Part shown: positions 20,030 to 31,005 of the stretch, one piece after another
Position numbering within the stretch: the first letter of the stretch is position 1
Layout of the letters: every line of letters begins with the position of its first letter
Source of the DNA: a virus
Virus record (IMG/VR): IMGVR_UViG_3300036795_000250
Span: 65,194 to 129,193 of that record
Strand: one strand, 5' to 3'
DNA: 64,000 nt
Made by a program: the position numbers and the translations under genes
Notes under the pieces: generated by a model
The model's database searches: none
What the model was told of the DNA's origin: nothing
What the model saw: the letters and a program-made list of their open reading frames with translations, nothing else

Positions 20030-20692
20030 TCACACTCGGATGTGCTGCTGTGCCTCGGCGTCCTGCTGCGGCTCGGTGCTCTGCGGGGCCTCGGTATTCT
20101 GTTCGGCCTCAGTGCTCTGCTGCTCCTCGAACCTCGCAAGAATGCGCGCCTGGTTCTCAGCGGCGACGGCGGCCTTCTGTGCGTCTTCCGCAGCCTTCTG
20201 CGCCTTGGTGCGGCGGTGGCGCTTGGGCTTCTCCGGCGGCAGCCCCACGACGGCGTCATACATCGACGCCGCTTTGCGCAAGATCGTCTCGCCGACCATG
20301 ATCTTCTTGCCGGTGGACTGCTCCTTGAGCACGAACCCGTGCCGACCCCGGTTGCCGAACGGGGTTTGGAACTGTTCATCCTCGCCCAGGTGTATTTCGC
20401 CCAGGATCAGATACTTCTTCTGGCTAAACAGCTCCGACATCTTCGCAGCCCGCGTCTTCGCCAGTTTGGTCTCGCGGCTCAGCGCAGCACTAGCAGCCTC
20501 AGTAGCTGCCTCAGGAGCTGCCGCATGCGCCTCCTGAGATACCGACTCCGCAGCGGGCCGTGAGTCAGGTTGCGCCGCCTCGCGGGCCTGAAAGTGCCCA
20601 TGCGCAGCGTGTGACTGCACCTCAGCCTGACCGGAATCGCCAAAAGGTTCAAGAAACGAAGCTTCTCGGTCTGACAACGTGACCTCCCGCAC
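20030..20692 (-). CDS. hypothetical protein, Lys/Glu/Ala-rich
   Basis: coding-like composition; start uncertain. Confidence 0.55.
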   Translation of the reverse strand: MREVTLSDREASFLEPFGDSGQAEVQSHAAHGHFQAREAAQPDSRPAAESVSQEAHAAAPEAATEAASAALSRETKLAKTRAAKMSELFSQKKYLILGEIHLGEDEQFQTPFGNRGRHGFVLKEQSTGKKIMVGETILRKAASMYDAVVGLPPEKPKRHRRTKAQKAAEDAQKAAVAAENQARILARFEEQQSTEAEQNTEAPQSTEPQQDAEAQQHIRV

Positions 20693-20811
20693 CTATCTGT
20701 CTGCGATCTTCTTTTCGCAGACGCGTATCGTCGCACTGATCCAGGCACCTACTGGGGCGACTAGCAACTTGGGTTTCTTTTTCGGAGGCTGAGTCCTACC
20801 GCGACATACGG

Positions 20812-21276
20812 TCAGCCCTTGACTCTCACTATCGGGATGCCCGCTGCTTCGGCTCGTGCCGTACAGTCCAGTGTGCCTCGATTGCGCGCCCCTATCTTCA
20901 GACACGCGATACCGGTGTCGGCGCCCAGGTTGACCATCGTTTGATTCCGCGCCAGGCCGGCCTCTGGGCAGTAGGAGGTGCCGTTGGCGTGCATCGGACG
21001 TGGACCGTGCTGGCAATCCGGGTCGCAGGCACGGTTCCAGTCGGCTGGGTAACGCACGACCAGTCCGCCCCAGCCCTCCCACAACTCTTCGGCCATGCGG
21101 TCGGCGCCGCGCGCGTTCCCCGAGATCAGCAGCGTGCCGGGCTGCCACGCGTCCAGGAGCGCGGTCCGCAGGAGTTCCTCGTTGTCCCAGTACCGGGAAC
21201 CGGTGATCAGGACGTGGCGGGATCGTGGACGCTCATACCGTGGTGCGGCGCGGGGAGCAAACGCTGCCGTGGTCAT
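20812..21276 (-). CDS. SLOG family (DUF2493/YspA-like) protein
   Basis: VLITGSRYW, ISGNARGAD, YPADW, AGLARNQTMV, RGT..C..A..AGIP. Confidence 0.85.
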   Translation of the reverse strand: MTTAAFAPRAAPRYERPRSRHVLITGSRYWDNEELLRTALLDAWQPGTLLISGNARGADRMAEELWEGWGGLVVRYPADWNRACDPDCQHGPRPMHANGTSYCPEAGLARNQTMVNLGADTGIACLKIGARNRGTLDCTARAEAAGIPIVRVKG

Positions 21277-21475
21277 GGCGTGGGGCCAGGTCGCTGCTTC
21301 ATTGTGCTGCCTTCACACACCAATCTCGTGTGCCATGAATCTCGCGCAGCCACTCCACACACGTCTCCTGCTTTCCGGGAACATGCCACGGGTCGGTTCG
21401 CAATGCCACGTCGCGCAAGCGATGTAGTTGGTGGGCCACCCGCAGCAGCGTCGTGCGGGAACCCTTCACCACAGT

Positions 21476-21565
21476 CAGATAGCTGGTCGCAAGATAGCTG
21501 ACCACAATGCAGCTAGCCAGAAGATAGCTGGCGAGAAGATAGCTGGCGAGAAGATAGCCGGTGAT
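21476..21565. repeat. 15-bp tandem repeat, 6 degenerate units (AAGATAGCTGGCGAG)
   Basis: units at 21476, 21491, 21506, 21521, 21536, 21551; reads YLLAS in ORF 21299-21571. Confidence 0.85.
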
Positions 21566-21583
21566 ACGCATAGGAGTCTGTCC

Positions 21584-22273
<690 letters not shown>

Positions 22274-22494
22274 TCAAGGCGCAATGCCGCTCCAGTTTAT
22301 ATATCTCGTGTGCGCAACCCCAGTGACGCTAGACAGGCAAGATTCGCGCTGTCAATAGCTGCGCGATACGCATCTGATTAGCCGCATGCCGTCTCGGCAA
22401 GAAAGGCAGTCAGGCCAGAGGCGCAATAGAGTGTTTCGCTCCGGCGGCACGCGGATGACCAGGCAAGACAGCCTCGAAGTGGTGCAGTGTCACG

Positions 22495-23211
22495 CTATTG
22501 GTACGGCACTTGTTCGAACGTGGCTTCGTTGATGGTACCAAAGCTAAAAATCGCGCCGTTATGGTGAATGACCTGGAAAATGTTGGTTTGTGTAGGGAAC
22601 CGTCGGCGAATAGCGACGAAGGACGCTATGGACTGGAGCGCCTTTGGATACAGCGGTACAACGGTCCGACCGTCTACATGGACAAAGATCACGCTGTACC
22701 CGTGCTCCATGATGCGGCGCAGTCGTTGACCTTCCCTTTTACTGCTGGCGCAGCGCGCATTCGTGAGCACCTCAATAGCTACGGCGCCCACAGTGATGTC
22801 GAGGTTGTATCGATCAACCGGCGTGAAGCAATCGACCATATATCCCCGTGATTTGAGCATCCTGACAATGATGTGCCCGGCGTCAGAGAGGGCCCGCTCA
22901 TCCCATCGTCGTTGTCGAGCGACGGCCTGGCGGTGCAGTGCGTGCTCGGAGCTGGGCCGCGCGCGGCGGGCGCGCGCCGCCGCCTCGGTGGGAGTAACAC
23001 GTTCCTCAGCAGACAGTTGCGCCGTGCGGACCAGGCCGGCCTCGGAGCAGTTCCGTAAGGGCACCCCAGCCTCGCGAATCCGACGACGGATCGTTTGCAG
23101 CCCGGCATGATAGTGCTGGGCGAGAGCGAACACCGACTCGCCAGCTACAAACCTACGGACGATCTCCTCGGCATCGAGATCGAGTCGACGACTACCAGTC
23201 ATCGTAGCCAC
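22495..23211 (-). CDS. HTH plus PD-(D/E)XK (Vsr/DUF559-like) putative endonuclease
   Basis: N-terminal GES..LA..Y..TIRRR..AGV HTH; YNLDITVGAVAIEV. Confidence 0.6.
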   Translation of the reverse strand: MATMTGSRRLDLDAEEIVRRFVAGESVFALAQHYHAGLQTIRRRIREAGVPLRNCSEAGLVRTAQLSAEERVTPTEAAARARRARPSSEHALHRQAVARQRRWDERALSDAGHIIVRMLKSRGYMVDCFTPVDRYNLDITVGAVAIEVLTNARCASSKREGQRLRRIMEHGYSVIFVHVDGRTVVPLYPKALQSIASFVAIRRRFPTQTNIFQVIHHNGAIFSFGTINEATFEQVPYQ

Positions 23212-23219
23212 CCTTCCCG

Positions 23220-23813
23220 TTAATTCCGTGCCGCGAAGAAGTTGCCGAGGTCATGTACCACATTCAGTGCGTTGGACTCGTCGATCTCGCACTGCGCGAT
23301 GAGCCATCGCCGGTAGGCTGCATCCAGATCAGCCAGATTCGAGCCTTCCAGCACGTACTGGGCGTGCTCGTGGGCGTCAGTGATGCTCCATTGCCAGCGA
23401 CGTTGCCCGTCCCGGTCGTGGGGCCCCGCGTGTCCTGGTGGGACCGCGACGGCACAGGCCAGGTACGGCGTTCCGGTGAACGCGGACACGGACGGTGTGA
23501 TGGACAGGGGGCCAAGGGCAGCGCTGTCCAGTTCTGGCCGATCGGCGCGGAGCATTTGCACGCTCATCGCAGCAACTTGCTCGGGCGCCTGAAGCTTCTC
23601 GGTGAGTTGCTTGAGGACGGCCGCGTCGTGCTGAGCGATGGCCGTCGCTCTGAACACTTCAGCGCTATAGGCTCTGGCCTGATCGATGTTGAGTGCGAAA
23701 ATGACCTCACGCGAGAACTCGATGAACAGTACGTAGGTCCCATCAGCAGTGTACTTGGTAGACACCCACACCGCGTCGTCTGCCAGATCTGGTCTATCGG
23801 GTTCGTCGCTCAC
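23220..23813 (-). CDS. hypothetical protein
   Basis: 197 aa GTG ORF with GAGGAG RBS. Confidence 0.6.
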   Translation of the reverse strand: MSDEPDRPDLADDAVWVSTKYTADGTYVLFIEFSREVIFALNIDQARAYSAEVFRATAIAQHDAAVLKQLTEKLQAPEQVAAMSVQMLRADRPELDSAALGPLSITPSVSAFTGTPYLACAVAVPPGHAGPHDRDGQRRWQWSITDAHEHAQYVLEGSNLADLDAAYRRWLIAQCEIDESNALNVVHDLGNFFAARN

Positions 23814-24290
23814 TCGCTCGATCTCCTCTTAAGTTGTTGGTGCGTATGGTGTTTCTCTAGAAGCCAATCTGCTATAAAGTATTGGTACAGCGGCCCGTGC
23901 TCGCGTCGGTGAAAGCAGCGAGTACCAGGAAGCCCTAAGACCATGCCGGTTCACGTTACGCGCATAAGCACGCGCTCGCCAAGGCGCTGCGTGTACTCCA
24001 TACGGTGTGCATTCCGCTCTGTCTTGTTACCGTGTGACTACTCAGAGAACGATTCTTCTTGCGCCGTATACGATACAGATCATCCACAAAGGTCACGTGT
24101 ACCGAGATAAAACGACGGACAGTCCATTCGGTACACGCAGGAATGGAGATATGCCCATGCGATCAGAGACCGACGTGGTGTATCACCAGGCAGCGCTAAA
24201 GGCGGTCGGAGATCTGGACATGACGCCAACCTTTAAATCACCAGCATGTGATTTAAAGGTTGGTGGCTTTCCCTTGCAATCCAGGATCTC

Positions 24291-24869
24291 ATGAGAAGCC
24301 GTCGCCAGCCGTCACCGATCACCGTGGCCAACGAGCATGTGCCGATCCTGTGGGTATGCCGGCTCATCGGCATGGCCGTGCCCGACGAGATCTTCCGGGC
24401 GACCAAGGTGCGTTGCCCGTTCGGCGCCATCTACCACAGCGACCACGGCGTAGCGCCTGCGTTCCGGATTTATCCCGACGCGAACGATGCCAACTGTTTC
24501 GCGAAGTGCGGTCACTTCAGGCCGGTCTCGCTCGCCGCGTTGGCATGGGACCGTCCCCCGGCGCAGGTGGCGGTCGAACTGCTGGACCGGATCGGCTACC
24601 GACCTCTCTCACTTGCGCAGCTCTGGGCCGCAGCGGTGAGCAGGGAGCAGTCTCCTGACACCACGCTGCTGAGCCTGGCGCTGCGCGCCTATTGCGAGCG
24701 GGTGGATCGCGACTGGCCGGTCCGTCAGTATGAGCCGGAGATCGCGGTAACCCTGGATCGATGCCTGGCCCTGCTGTCGCGGGTGCACAGCGAGGACCAG
24801 GCGGCACAGTGGCTGACCGGTGGGAAGGCCGTGATGGACCGAGCGCTGTACCGTGAACGCCCTTGCTGA
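24291..24869 (+). CDS. stand-alone CHC2 zinc-finger (primase Zn-binding domain) protein
   Basis: KVRCPFGAIYHSD..PAFRIY...NCFAKCG; no TOPRIM domain. Confidence 0.7.
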   Translation: MRSRRQPSPITVANEHVPILWVCRLIGMAVPDEIFRATKVRCPFGAIYHSDHGVAPAFRIYPDANDANCFAKCGHFRPVSLAALAWDRPPAQVAVELLDRIGYRPLSLAQLWAAAVSREQSPDTTLLSLALRAYCERVDRDWPVRQYEPEIAVTLDRCLALLSRVHSEDQAAQWLTGGKAVMDRALYRERPC

Positions 24870-24900
24870 TCCAACTGCGGTACAGGTGTGGATTGTCGCC

Positions 24901-25458
24901 TCAGGCGTGACGCTGCGGCTGTGGTTCCAGCTTGTGCGCCCAGGATTCGATGGCCGCGAGGTCACGGGCGACCATGCCGGTCGCTGGGTCTACCTGGATC
25001 AGCAGCGTCTCGATGCCGTGCCGTGCCGTAACAAACCCGGTACCGCACTCTTGCCAGATGGTGAAGTCGTCGTCCAGCCAGGCGAGTGGGCGAGCACCAG
25101 CGAACTCAGCGACCGCAGCCCACTTCCAGAGCCGGGCGTGGATGCGCAGGCCGAACTCCACCACCGGCAGCACGGGCAGGCCGATGCGGGGGCCAATGGC
25201 TTCGTTCGCTTCGTGCTCCCAGGTGGTCGCCCACACCAACTCCAGGCCCACGCGCTCGGCCAGCGCGAGCAGCGTCGGCCCATGCGTCGGGTTCAGCCGC
25301 ACCGGGAGTGGAGAATGCTCGCCACGTGGGGTAATCCAGTGTGTTTCGTACCCGTCCGGGAGGTGTGCCGCCTTTGCCGCGTACGGGTTCAACGGCCCGT
25401 CCACGTCCAGAAATAGGAGCGGACGGCGTGAGGCCAGCTCGCTGTGCCGTAGGCTCAC
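24901..25458 (-). CDS. HAD-family protein (Swiss-army-knife RNA repair type)
   Basis: LFLDVDGPLN, LVWATTW, LAWLDDD. Confidence 0.85.
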   Translation of the reverse strand: MSLRHSELASRRPLLFLDVDGPLNPYAAKAAHLPDGYETHWITPRGEHSPLPVRLNPTHGPTLLALAERVGLELVWATTWEHEANEAIGPRIGLPVLPVVEFGLRIHARLWKWAAVAEFAGARPLAWLDDDFTIWQECGTGFVTARHGIETLLIQVDPATGMVARDLAAIESWAHKLEPQPQRHA

Positions 25459-25963
25459 CGCGTCGTCTCTGCGGTCGTCTTAGTGACGCTGACGTAGTCC
25501 TTCGCGAGGTCGGGCCAGGACCCGAAGAACTCCGCCGCGTGGGCCAGCGAGCAATAGCGATAGTGCTTCTTGAAGAGGAAGCGGTAGACCCGAATCGCAC
25601 GCTCGCGATCGATGGTGATCGTAATGATGCTGTAGCAATAGTCGAGCGGTTTGCCACACACCTCGCATCCGGGACGTTCGGCCTCCTCGGCAGTCGCTGC
25701 GCTTGCGGCCTTCTCGATCAACACAGACCCTCCCCAACATCTTGTCTCAACAGCACGTGTTGGCAGCAATCAACGGGAAGACCAGTGTCCTCGTCAATTA
25801 GAGACCAGTCAACCAGGGAACGTTGTTGTGTGATGCCATTTCACCCATATGCCACAGCTGATGTGGACGCTGTGGCAAGAGCGTCCGCTGTACCAACGAC
25901 GCGCTTCAGTACCAGTCGACTCTCCGCAGCCTGACCTGGGATGACGCCTCCGGAGAGCGCGGG

Positions 25964-26338
25964 CTACCGAGCGCTCAGTTGATCACTCGTGTCGTCGACG
26001 GCGACGAACAGGGGCAGCGCATCGGCCCTGAGTTCATAGCAATGGTGTCGGCCCGGCACGGTCAGGCGCAGAGAATCGCCCCGGCACAATGTCACGTAGT
26101 TTTTTTGCCACAAATACTCTTGCTCATCGGCGTCGAATGTGTCTGTCCAGGTGTGGTCTTCCAGCGTCATTACCCGCGTGGATTGAACAATGCGATGTGC
26201 TGTGTCGCGGAGCCAGTCAGCCACCATGCTGGGCGAGTACAGAATCTCGGACTCCGTTGTCCCACTGCGGCTACTGGATATCGTGACGTGCCAGCGAGTA
26301 CAGCAAGCCATGGTTGTCTCCTTGGATCTGGATGACAA
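25964..26338 (-). CDS. hypothetical protein
   Basis: ORF with AGGAG RBS before the internal Met; start uncertain. Confidence 0.45.
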   Translation of the reverse strand: MSSRSKETTMACCTRWHVTISSSRSGTTESEILYSPSMVADWLRDTAHRIVQSTRVMTLEDHTWTDTFDADEQEYLWQKNYVTLCRGDSLRLTVPGRHHCYELRADALPLFVAVDDTSDQLSAR

Positions 26339-26343
26339 GCAAC

Positions 26344-26388
26344 GGCCCCAGTAACGAGACGGGGGATGCGACGCTCGTTACTGGGGCC
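26344..26388. terminator. 15-bp perfect inverted repeat, terminator-like hairpin
   Basis: GGCCCCAGTAACGAG ... CTCGTTACTGGGGCC. Confidence 0.6.
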
Positions 26389-26573
26389 TCTTGATCTCGG
26401 GAGATCCGACCGGCGCTCACCTTCCCACGTGCCAGCGCGGGGAACCTCGACCGAGAGAGCTGTAAGTCCATAGAAGCGCTAGTGCTGTCGACGTAAGGCT
26501 GCTGCTACCGATCACATCGACAACCCGAAACGTACGCGTGCGGATAGAACTGCGTCAACCAACTAGACACATG

Positions 26574-26606
26574 AAAAAGGCCCGTACTGATATCAGTACG
26601 GGCCTT
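26574..26606 (-). terminator. intrinsic terminator downstream of lsr2
   Basis: 30-bp perfect palindrome AAGGCCCGTACTGATATCAGTACGGGCCTT running into a T-tract on the minus strand. Confidence 0.75.
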
Positions 26607-26676
26607 GCGTGCGTGTACAGAGTTGGCGGACGTGGGACCGGGAGCCGCCCGAGGACGATTCCCGGTCCAATCGCGC

Positions 26677-27099
26677 CTAGCGAGCGTGAGCCGCGTCGTA
26701 CTCCGCAAGAAGCTTCCTGCTCACGAAGCCGTATTTCTTCTTCGTGTCGCCCGTCTGTTCCGCCTTCCAGGCGTGGATGATCCTCCGGTCGGCGTTGGTG
26801 AGGTCCTGGTCGGTGCGCTCGGCCGGTGCCTCCTCCTCGTCGCCGTCAGCCTCGTCGTCCTCGTCGTCGAAAGCACCCTCGTCGTCGAGCAAGGACACCG
26901 GGTCCGCGAGATCGTCATCGGTTGCGAGCCGAGCGACACGGAGGAAGGGCTTCAACGCTTCTTCCAGCAGTTTCCGGTTCTTCTCCGTGACGTCGATCAG
27001 GTACCACTTGTCGTCGAGACCGAACTGAGTGGTCTGGACGTTCTCAGCCGTGGCGGGGGTGCCGTTGAGGTCGTCGAACAAGATTTCCCTTGTGGCCAT
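26677..27099 (-). CDS. lsr2: Lsr2-like nucleoid-associated protein (atypical)
   Basis: dimerisation domain LFDDLNG..TTQFGLDDKWYLIDVTEKN..LEEALKPF; C-terminal IHAW...YDAAH; acidic linker. Confidence 0.8.
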   Translation of the reverse strand: MATREILFDDLNGTPATAENVQTTQFGLDDKWYLIDVTEKNRKLLEEALKPFLRVARLATDDDLADPVSLLDDEGAFDDEDDEADGDEEEAPAERTDQDLTNADRRIIHAWKAEQTGDTKKKYGFVSRKLLAEYDAAHAR

Positions 27100-27273
27100 C
27101 GCTGTGTACCTTCTCAAAATAGGCGGTCGGTGGTGGCGATCATAGACGTTATCGAGAATCGTCGACAAGACGTTTCACTCACTCAGCCTGTGAGTCTTGG
27201 ACCGGCACGGACACATGCGGCCGATGTTCTTAGTGAGTGGTTGGTAGCACGGAGACGAGGGAGAAGGAGAGCT

Positions 27274-27462
27274 GTGAACGAAACCATTCGGCTGGCGCGC
27301 ATCGCCGCTGCCCACGAACAAAGACAGCTGGGTGGTGGCATCGTGTCCGGCTACTGCGCCGAGTGTGAGCACATCTGGCCGTGTCCCACGTATGTCTGGG
27401 CGTCTGAAGATCGTGATGTGTTCGCCGCCTGGGATCCCGACGACGATGAGGAGGAGTCGTAA
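27274..27462 (+). CDS. small phage protein (CxxC..WPCPT)
   Basis: GTG after AAGGAG; CAECEHIWPCPT. Confidence 0.65.
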   Translation: MNETIRLARIAAAHEQRQLGGGIVSGYCAECEHIWPCPTYVWASEDRDVFAAWDPDDDEEES

Positions 27463-27701
27463 TGTCTGGAAAAGATCCTATGCACCATCGCATCGATTGG
27501 GTCCGGCTGTGCGCCGCGCTGGAGATGGCCTGCGAGATCCGGGCCTGCACTCTCCACGATGCCGCCCTCGTCATCGGGGTCTCGCCGAGCACGCTGACCC
27601 GCATGCGCCAGGGCCGCACGCTCAGTGCGGACGCGCTGGCCGGACTGGTGGCGTGGCTGTACCCGCAGCACATCCCGCGCTGGATTCGGGAGGTGCCGTG
27701 A
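27462..27701 (+). CDS. XRE-type HTH protein
   Basis: AALVIGVSPSTLTRMRQG. Confidence 0.75.
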   Translation: MSGKDPMHHRIDWVRLCAALEMACEIRACTLHDAALVIGVSPSTLTRMRQGRTLSADALAGLVAWLYPQHIPRWIREVP

Positions 27702-28036
27702 TGCCGACGCCCTATCCCGGCAGGGAGAACGAACAGGACCTCGGTGACGGGCACTCGTACACCTGGCTGTACAGCTCGACCGATCAGGTCGTCGGGCTGA
27801 TCGAGCATCATCCGAAGGGCGCTGGCGCGCGGCCAGAGGCACTGTACTGCGGCGGCTACGTAGCCTGGGCACCAGAAGATGCTCAACAAGGTGTGCACCC
27901 GCCGTGGGCCGCATGGCACCAGTTGGTCGCGGGCGGCCCCGGCGATGAAGAGCATCTGACCATCGCGCCGAGCCTGGCCTGCCGCACCTGCCCGAGCCAC
28001 GGGTGGATCCGCGACGGGCGCTGGGTGCCCGCATGA
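27701..28036 (+). CDS. hypothetical protein (DUF6527-like)
   Basis: LTIAPSLACRTCPSHGWIRDGRW. Confidence 0.6.
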   Translation: MPTPYPGRENEQDLGDGHSYTWLYSSTDQVVGLIEHHPKGAGARPEALYCGGYVAWAPEDAQQGVHPPWAAWHQLVAGGPGDEEHLTIAPSLACRTCPSHGWIRDGRWVPA

Positions 28037-28055
28037 CGTCAGGATGGGGTAGGCC

Positions 28056-28301
28056 ATGACGAAGGACCCGCGCACACAGCTCGATGCTTATGCCACCGAG
28101 GAGGCCCTGCCGATCGGCATCCGATCGACCCGCGAGCACCTGGCTCCGAGAGTATTCGCTGCGGTGCGGGCCCTACTGGAGCTGGCCGAGCGTTCCCGTG
28201 ACCTCGAAGGTCTCGTTGCCGGTTGGGAGATCGAGCAGACCATCTCAATCGCATTGACACCGCCGCGTCGATCCTCAGTCGCCGACGACCCCTCGGAATG
28301 A
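28056..28301 (+). CDS. hypothetical protein
   Basis: continues the plus-strand run. Confidence 0.5.
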   Translation: MTKDPRTQLDAYATEEALPIGIRSTREHLAPRVFAAVRALLELAERSRDLEGLVAGWEIEQTISIALTPPRRSSVADDPSE

Positions 28302-28700
28302 GGTGCGCAGTTCGACATCGGTGGCCTTCTCGACCCGCATGTAGGGGTTAGAGCCAGGCTGGTGTAAAGGCGCATACGGCTTATCGTTGCCGAGCATGAA
28401 GAACTCGGCCGCTTCGTGTTGCTCGACTAGCAGGATCTGATCGAATAGCCAGTCTCGCCACGAGCGCTCCTCATAGGCGGCCGGCGGGACTGGCATCAGG
28501 TGATCGACGCAGATCGTCCTGTCTTGGTCCGAGGAATCAGGGGCCACAATGCCAATGATCAGCGTCAGCCCGATACTGCCTTGTCCTCGGTCATAACCGT
28601 CAACAAGGGCAAACCGCCAGCCGCGCTTGTAAGCGAGTTGGTCAACCAGGGCGGCCAGCAGATCGGGGTATGGGGCGAGCTGTGTCATGGACTCGGGCAT
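28275..28700 (-). CDS. conserved phage hypothetical protein
   Basis: LAYKRGWRF..WLFDQILLVEQHEAAEFF..PYAPLH. Confidence 0.65.
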   Translation of the reverse strand: MPESMTQLAPYPDLLAALVDQLAYKRGWRFALVDGYDRGQGSIGLTLIIGIVAPDSSDQDRTICVDHLMPVPPAAYEERSWRDWLFDQILLVEQHEAAEFFMLGNDKPYAPLHQPGSNPYMRVEKATDVELRTSFRGVVGD

Positions 28701-29183
28701 CGTCGGCCTCCCAGCGGGAGTGGCCATCATAGGGGTGGCGATCGACGTCCCGATAACGCACCCCCGCGCAGAATGCGTCGATCGTGGGCGCGGGATGAGT
28801 CCGTCCCATATGTACATCAATTGGTACACTAGGGACATTGAGTTGCATGTCGCGATTCGCCTTGGCTGACAACGGAATTCCGACGGCTGCCGATACGGCA
28901 AGCTCCATACAGCCGTTGTGTCGATACCCCGAATGGGTGATGCTAGTTGCTCGTTGCGATCTGCATCTCTAACGTGAAATAGCTGGTACGAGCTCGTAGC
29001 GTTAAGGTACTGACACTCTAGACCCGGGTGTTATGTACATGTTAGAAGCCATATGGATCAGACCGCTTTGGAGGGTCTAGAGTGCCGACAGTGCAACATC
29101 AGTGCGCGAGGCAACAGCAAGCTTCTCCACGCGTCGCGCCGCTGATATGGACCACTGATCATGGCCACTGAAAGCTGTCTGTC

Positions 29184-29600
29184 ATGACATCCCGGAGAAT
29201 CCGGTGGGACGACCGTACGTTATCCCCATATGAGCTGACCTTCGTCCCGCCTAATTGCCGCGCGGTCACGGACCCCAACCTCGCTCGTCAGCGCATCCGC
29301 GACGTGCTGACCCACGCGGAGCTACCGGCCCACCGAGCACAGCGGTACCTGACGCTGTGGGATTCCTGCCTGTACCACGGTTTGCAGGAGTCCGGGCTCG
29401 TCGTGGCATGCCTGCGAGCGTTGGCTGATGCGGTGGGTTTGCCGTCGAGCGCCATCACCAGGCAATGGTCGGCATGGTGCATCGACCAGCAGGTGTGGGT
29501 CTCCGTCCCGGGACGGCTCTACTCACGACATCCGCGTGCACGCGATCCTCATCTGGGTCTGCGTACGCGGGCATATCTAGTGATCGCGCCCCTGTCATAG
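29184..29600 (+). CDS. hypothetical protein
   Basis: 138 aa ATG ORF. Confidence 0.5.
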   Translation: MTSRRIRWDDRTLSPYELTFVPPNCRAVTDPNLARQRIRDVLTHAELPAHRAQRYLTLWDSCLYHGLQESGLVVACLRALADAVGLPSSAITRQWSAWCIDQQVWVSVPGRLYSRHPRARDPHLGLRTRAYLVIAPLS

Positions 29601-29667
29601 CTTCGCACAGATCTCAACCGGCACAGCCCCTGCCGATCGAACCACGATAAGAGGTGAGAACTGTCCA

Positions 29668-29988
29668 ATGCCACTACCAGTTCGGTGTGACCGGCTCACC
29701 GTCATCGACGGCGGATGGCGCATCAAGACCAACGATGCCGGTACCCATTACATCGACGTGCTCTCGATGCTGTTCAACTACCGGATCTGTACGACTCCGA
29801 TCCGGTCGCTCTATCTCACCGACCGGCACTGGTGCTACGCCGGGAAGGGTGGTGACGTGTTCCTGCGGTGCGTGCTCGCTGCGTCGGCCTGGGATGGCGC
29901 GGACGACACAGAACCCGTGGGCTGGAACAAGAATGGACAGACCGGCGAGTGGCGCGCACCCGAGATCACAGTACCGCCGCAGGACTAG
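29668..29988 (+). CDS. conserved actinophage-type hypothetical protein
   Basis: MLFNYRI..RHWCY..AWDG..EPVGWNK. Confidence 0.65.
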   Translation: MPLPVRCDRLTVIDGGWRIKTNDAGTHYIDVLSMLFNYRICTTPIRSLYLTDRHWCYAGKGGDVFLRCVLAASAWDGADDTEPVGWNKNGQTGEWRAPEITVPPQD

Positions 29989-31005
29989 ACTGGGTTCCCA
30001 TGAAACGCGGGCGGAAAACCCAGACGGTGTACCGAATGCAGGTCAACGAGGGCGGGTGTTGGAGATCGTTGACCCAGCGGAATACCAAGCAAGAGGCACT
30101 CGATGATCTGGCGGACTCCGAGCTCGACGATCCCGATCTCGAATATCGAGTGACACCGCGCCGCATCTATCCCAAGCGAACGGCGTTCGACTAAGGAAGG
30201 AGGGAGGGAGGTGTTATGGGCTTAGCACCGGCCAGGCGCAGCGAGTCAGCTGAGATCTGGGGGCGTAACCGTGCGCGTGTAGCGCTAGGGCCGGTCGATT
30301 CCTCTCGGGAACACACAGCAGTGACTCTGTTATATGCAGGGATTTTAGGCGCCAGCCTGACTAGCCTCGCTTCGCTGAGCGCGACTAGCGGCACGTGGTG
30401 GTTGCTGATAACAGCAATCATGTCGAGCTTCTGCGCCGGCTCCGCACTCGCCATTGTGGACCGTTGGGTGAGTCAGGATCAGTTCTGCTGACCGTTACTG
30501 CGTGCTGGGCACCGAGGTCGTCGGTACCCGAGTCACGGTAACCGGGGTAACGCAAGCCGAGTGCGCCCAATCACTCCCAACCCGCTGGATGGAGGTGTTT
30601 TTCGGGAAATCCTTGAGACACAAGGTGCACGTTCCCGAGTATCGCGCTTTCACCAGGGCAAACCTCTCACGAGGTGGTCACATTTCACACTTTCACAGTT
30701 CCGCACGAACCCGCACGTTCTATCGGATAAATATCCGCTGCGTAGTGCTTGTGCCCAGGGGTAGGGGAACCCGGGGCTGGAAGGCGACCACCAACGGTCT
30801 CTTTTACCTACTGGCTGGTTACCTCTTAGAGATTTTATCTTTTATTCCATGTATCAACCCACTGGATTGATACCGCGAGCCGAGCGCTTGGGAAAGAGCT
30901 ACTGCATCTTTCCCTTCGGCTTCGCCAAAAGACACAGCTCAGTTTAGCATATCGAAAAAAGGGATTATAGGTAAATCGGTCCACTATGGAGACAGGTGTT
31001 TATCG

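Noticed and set aside
19939-20379. N-terminal extension of the clamp-loader ORF, and similar extensions of polA and array ORFs
   Set aside because: Arg/Pro-rich off-frame overlap with neighbours; internal ATGs with RBS are better starts
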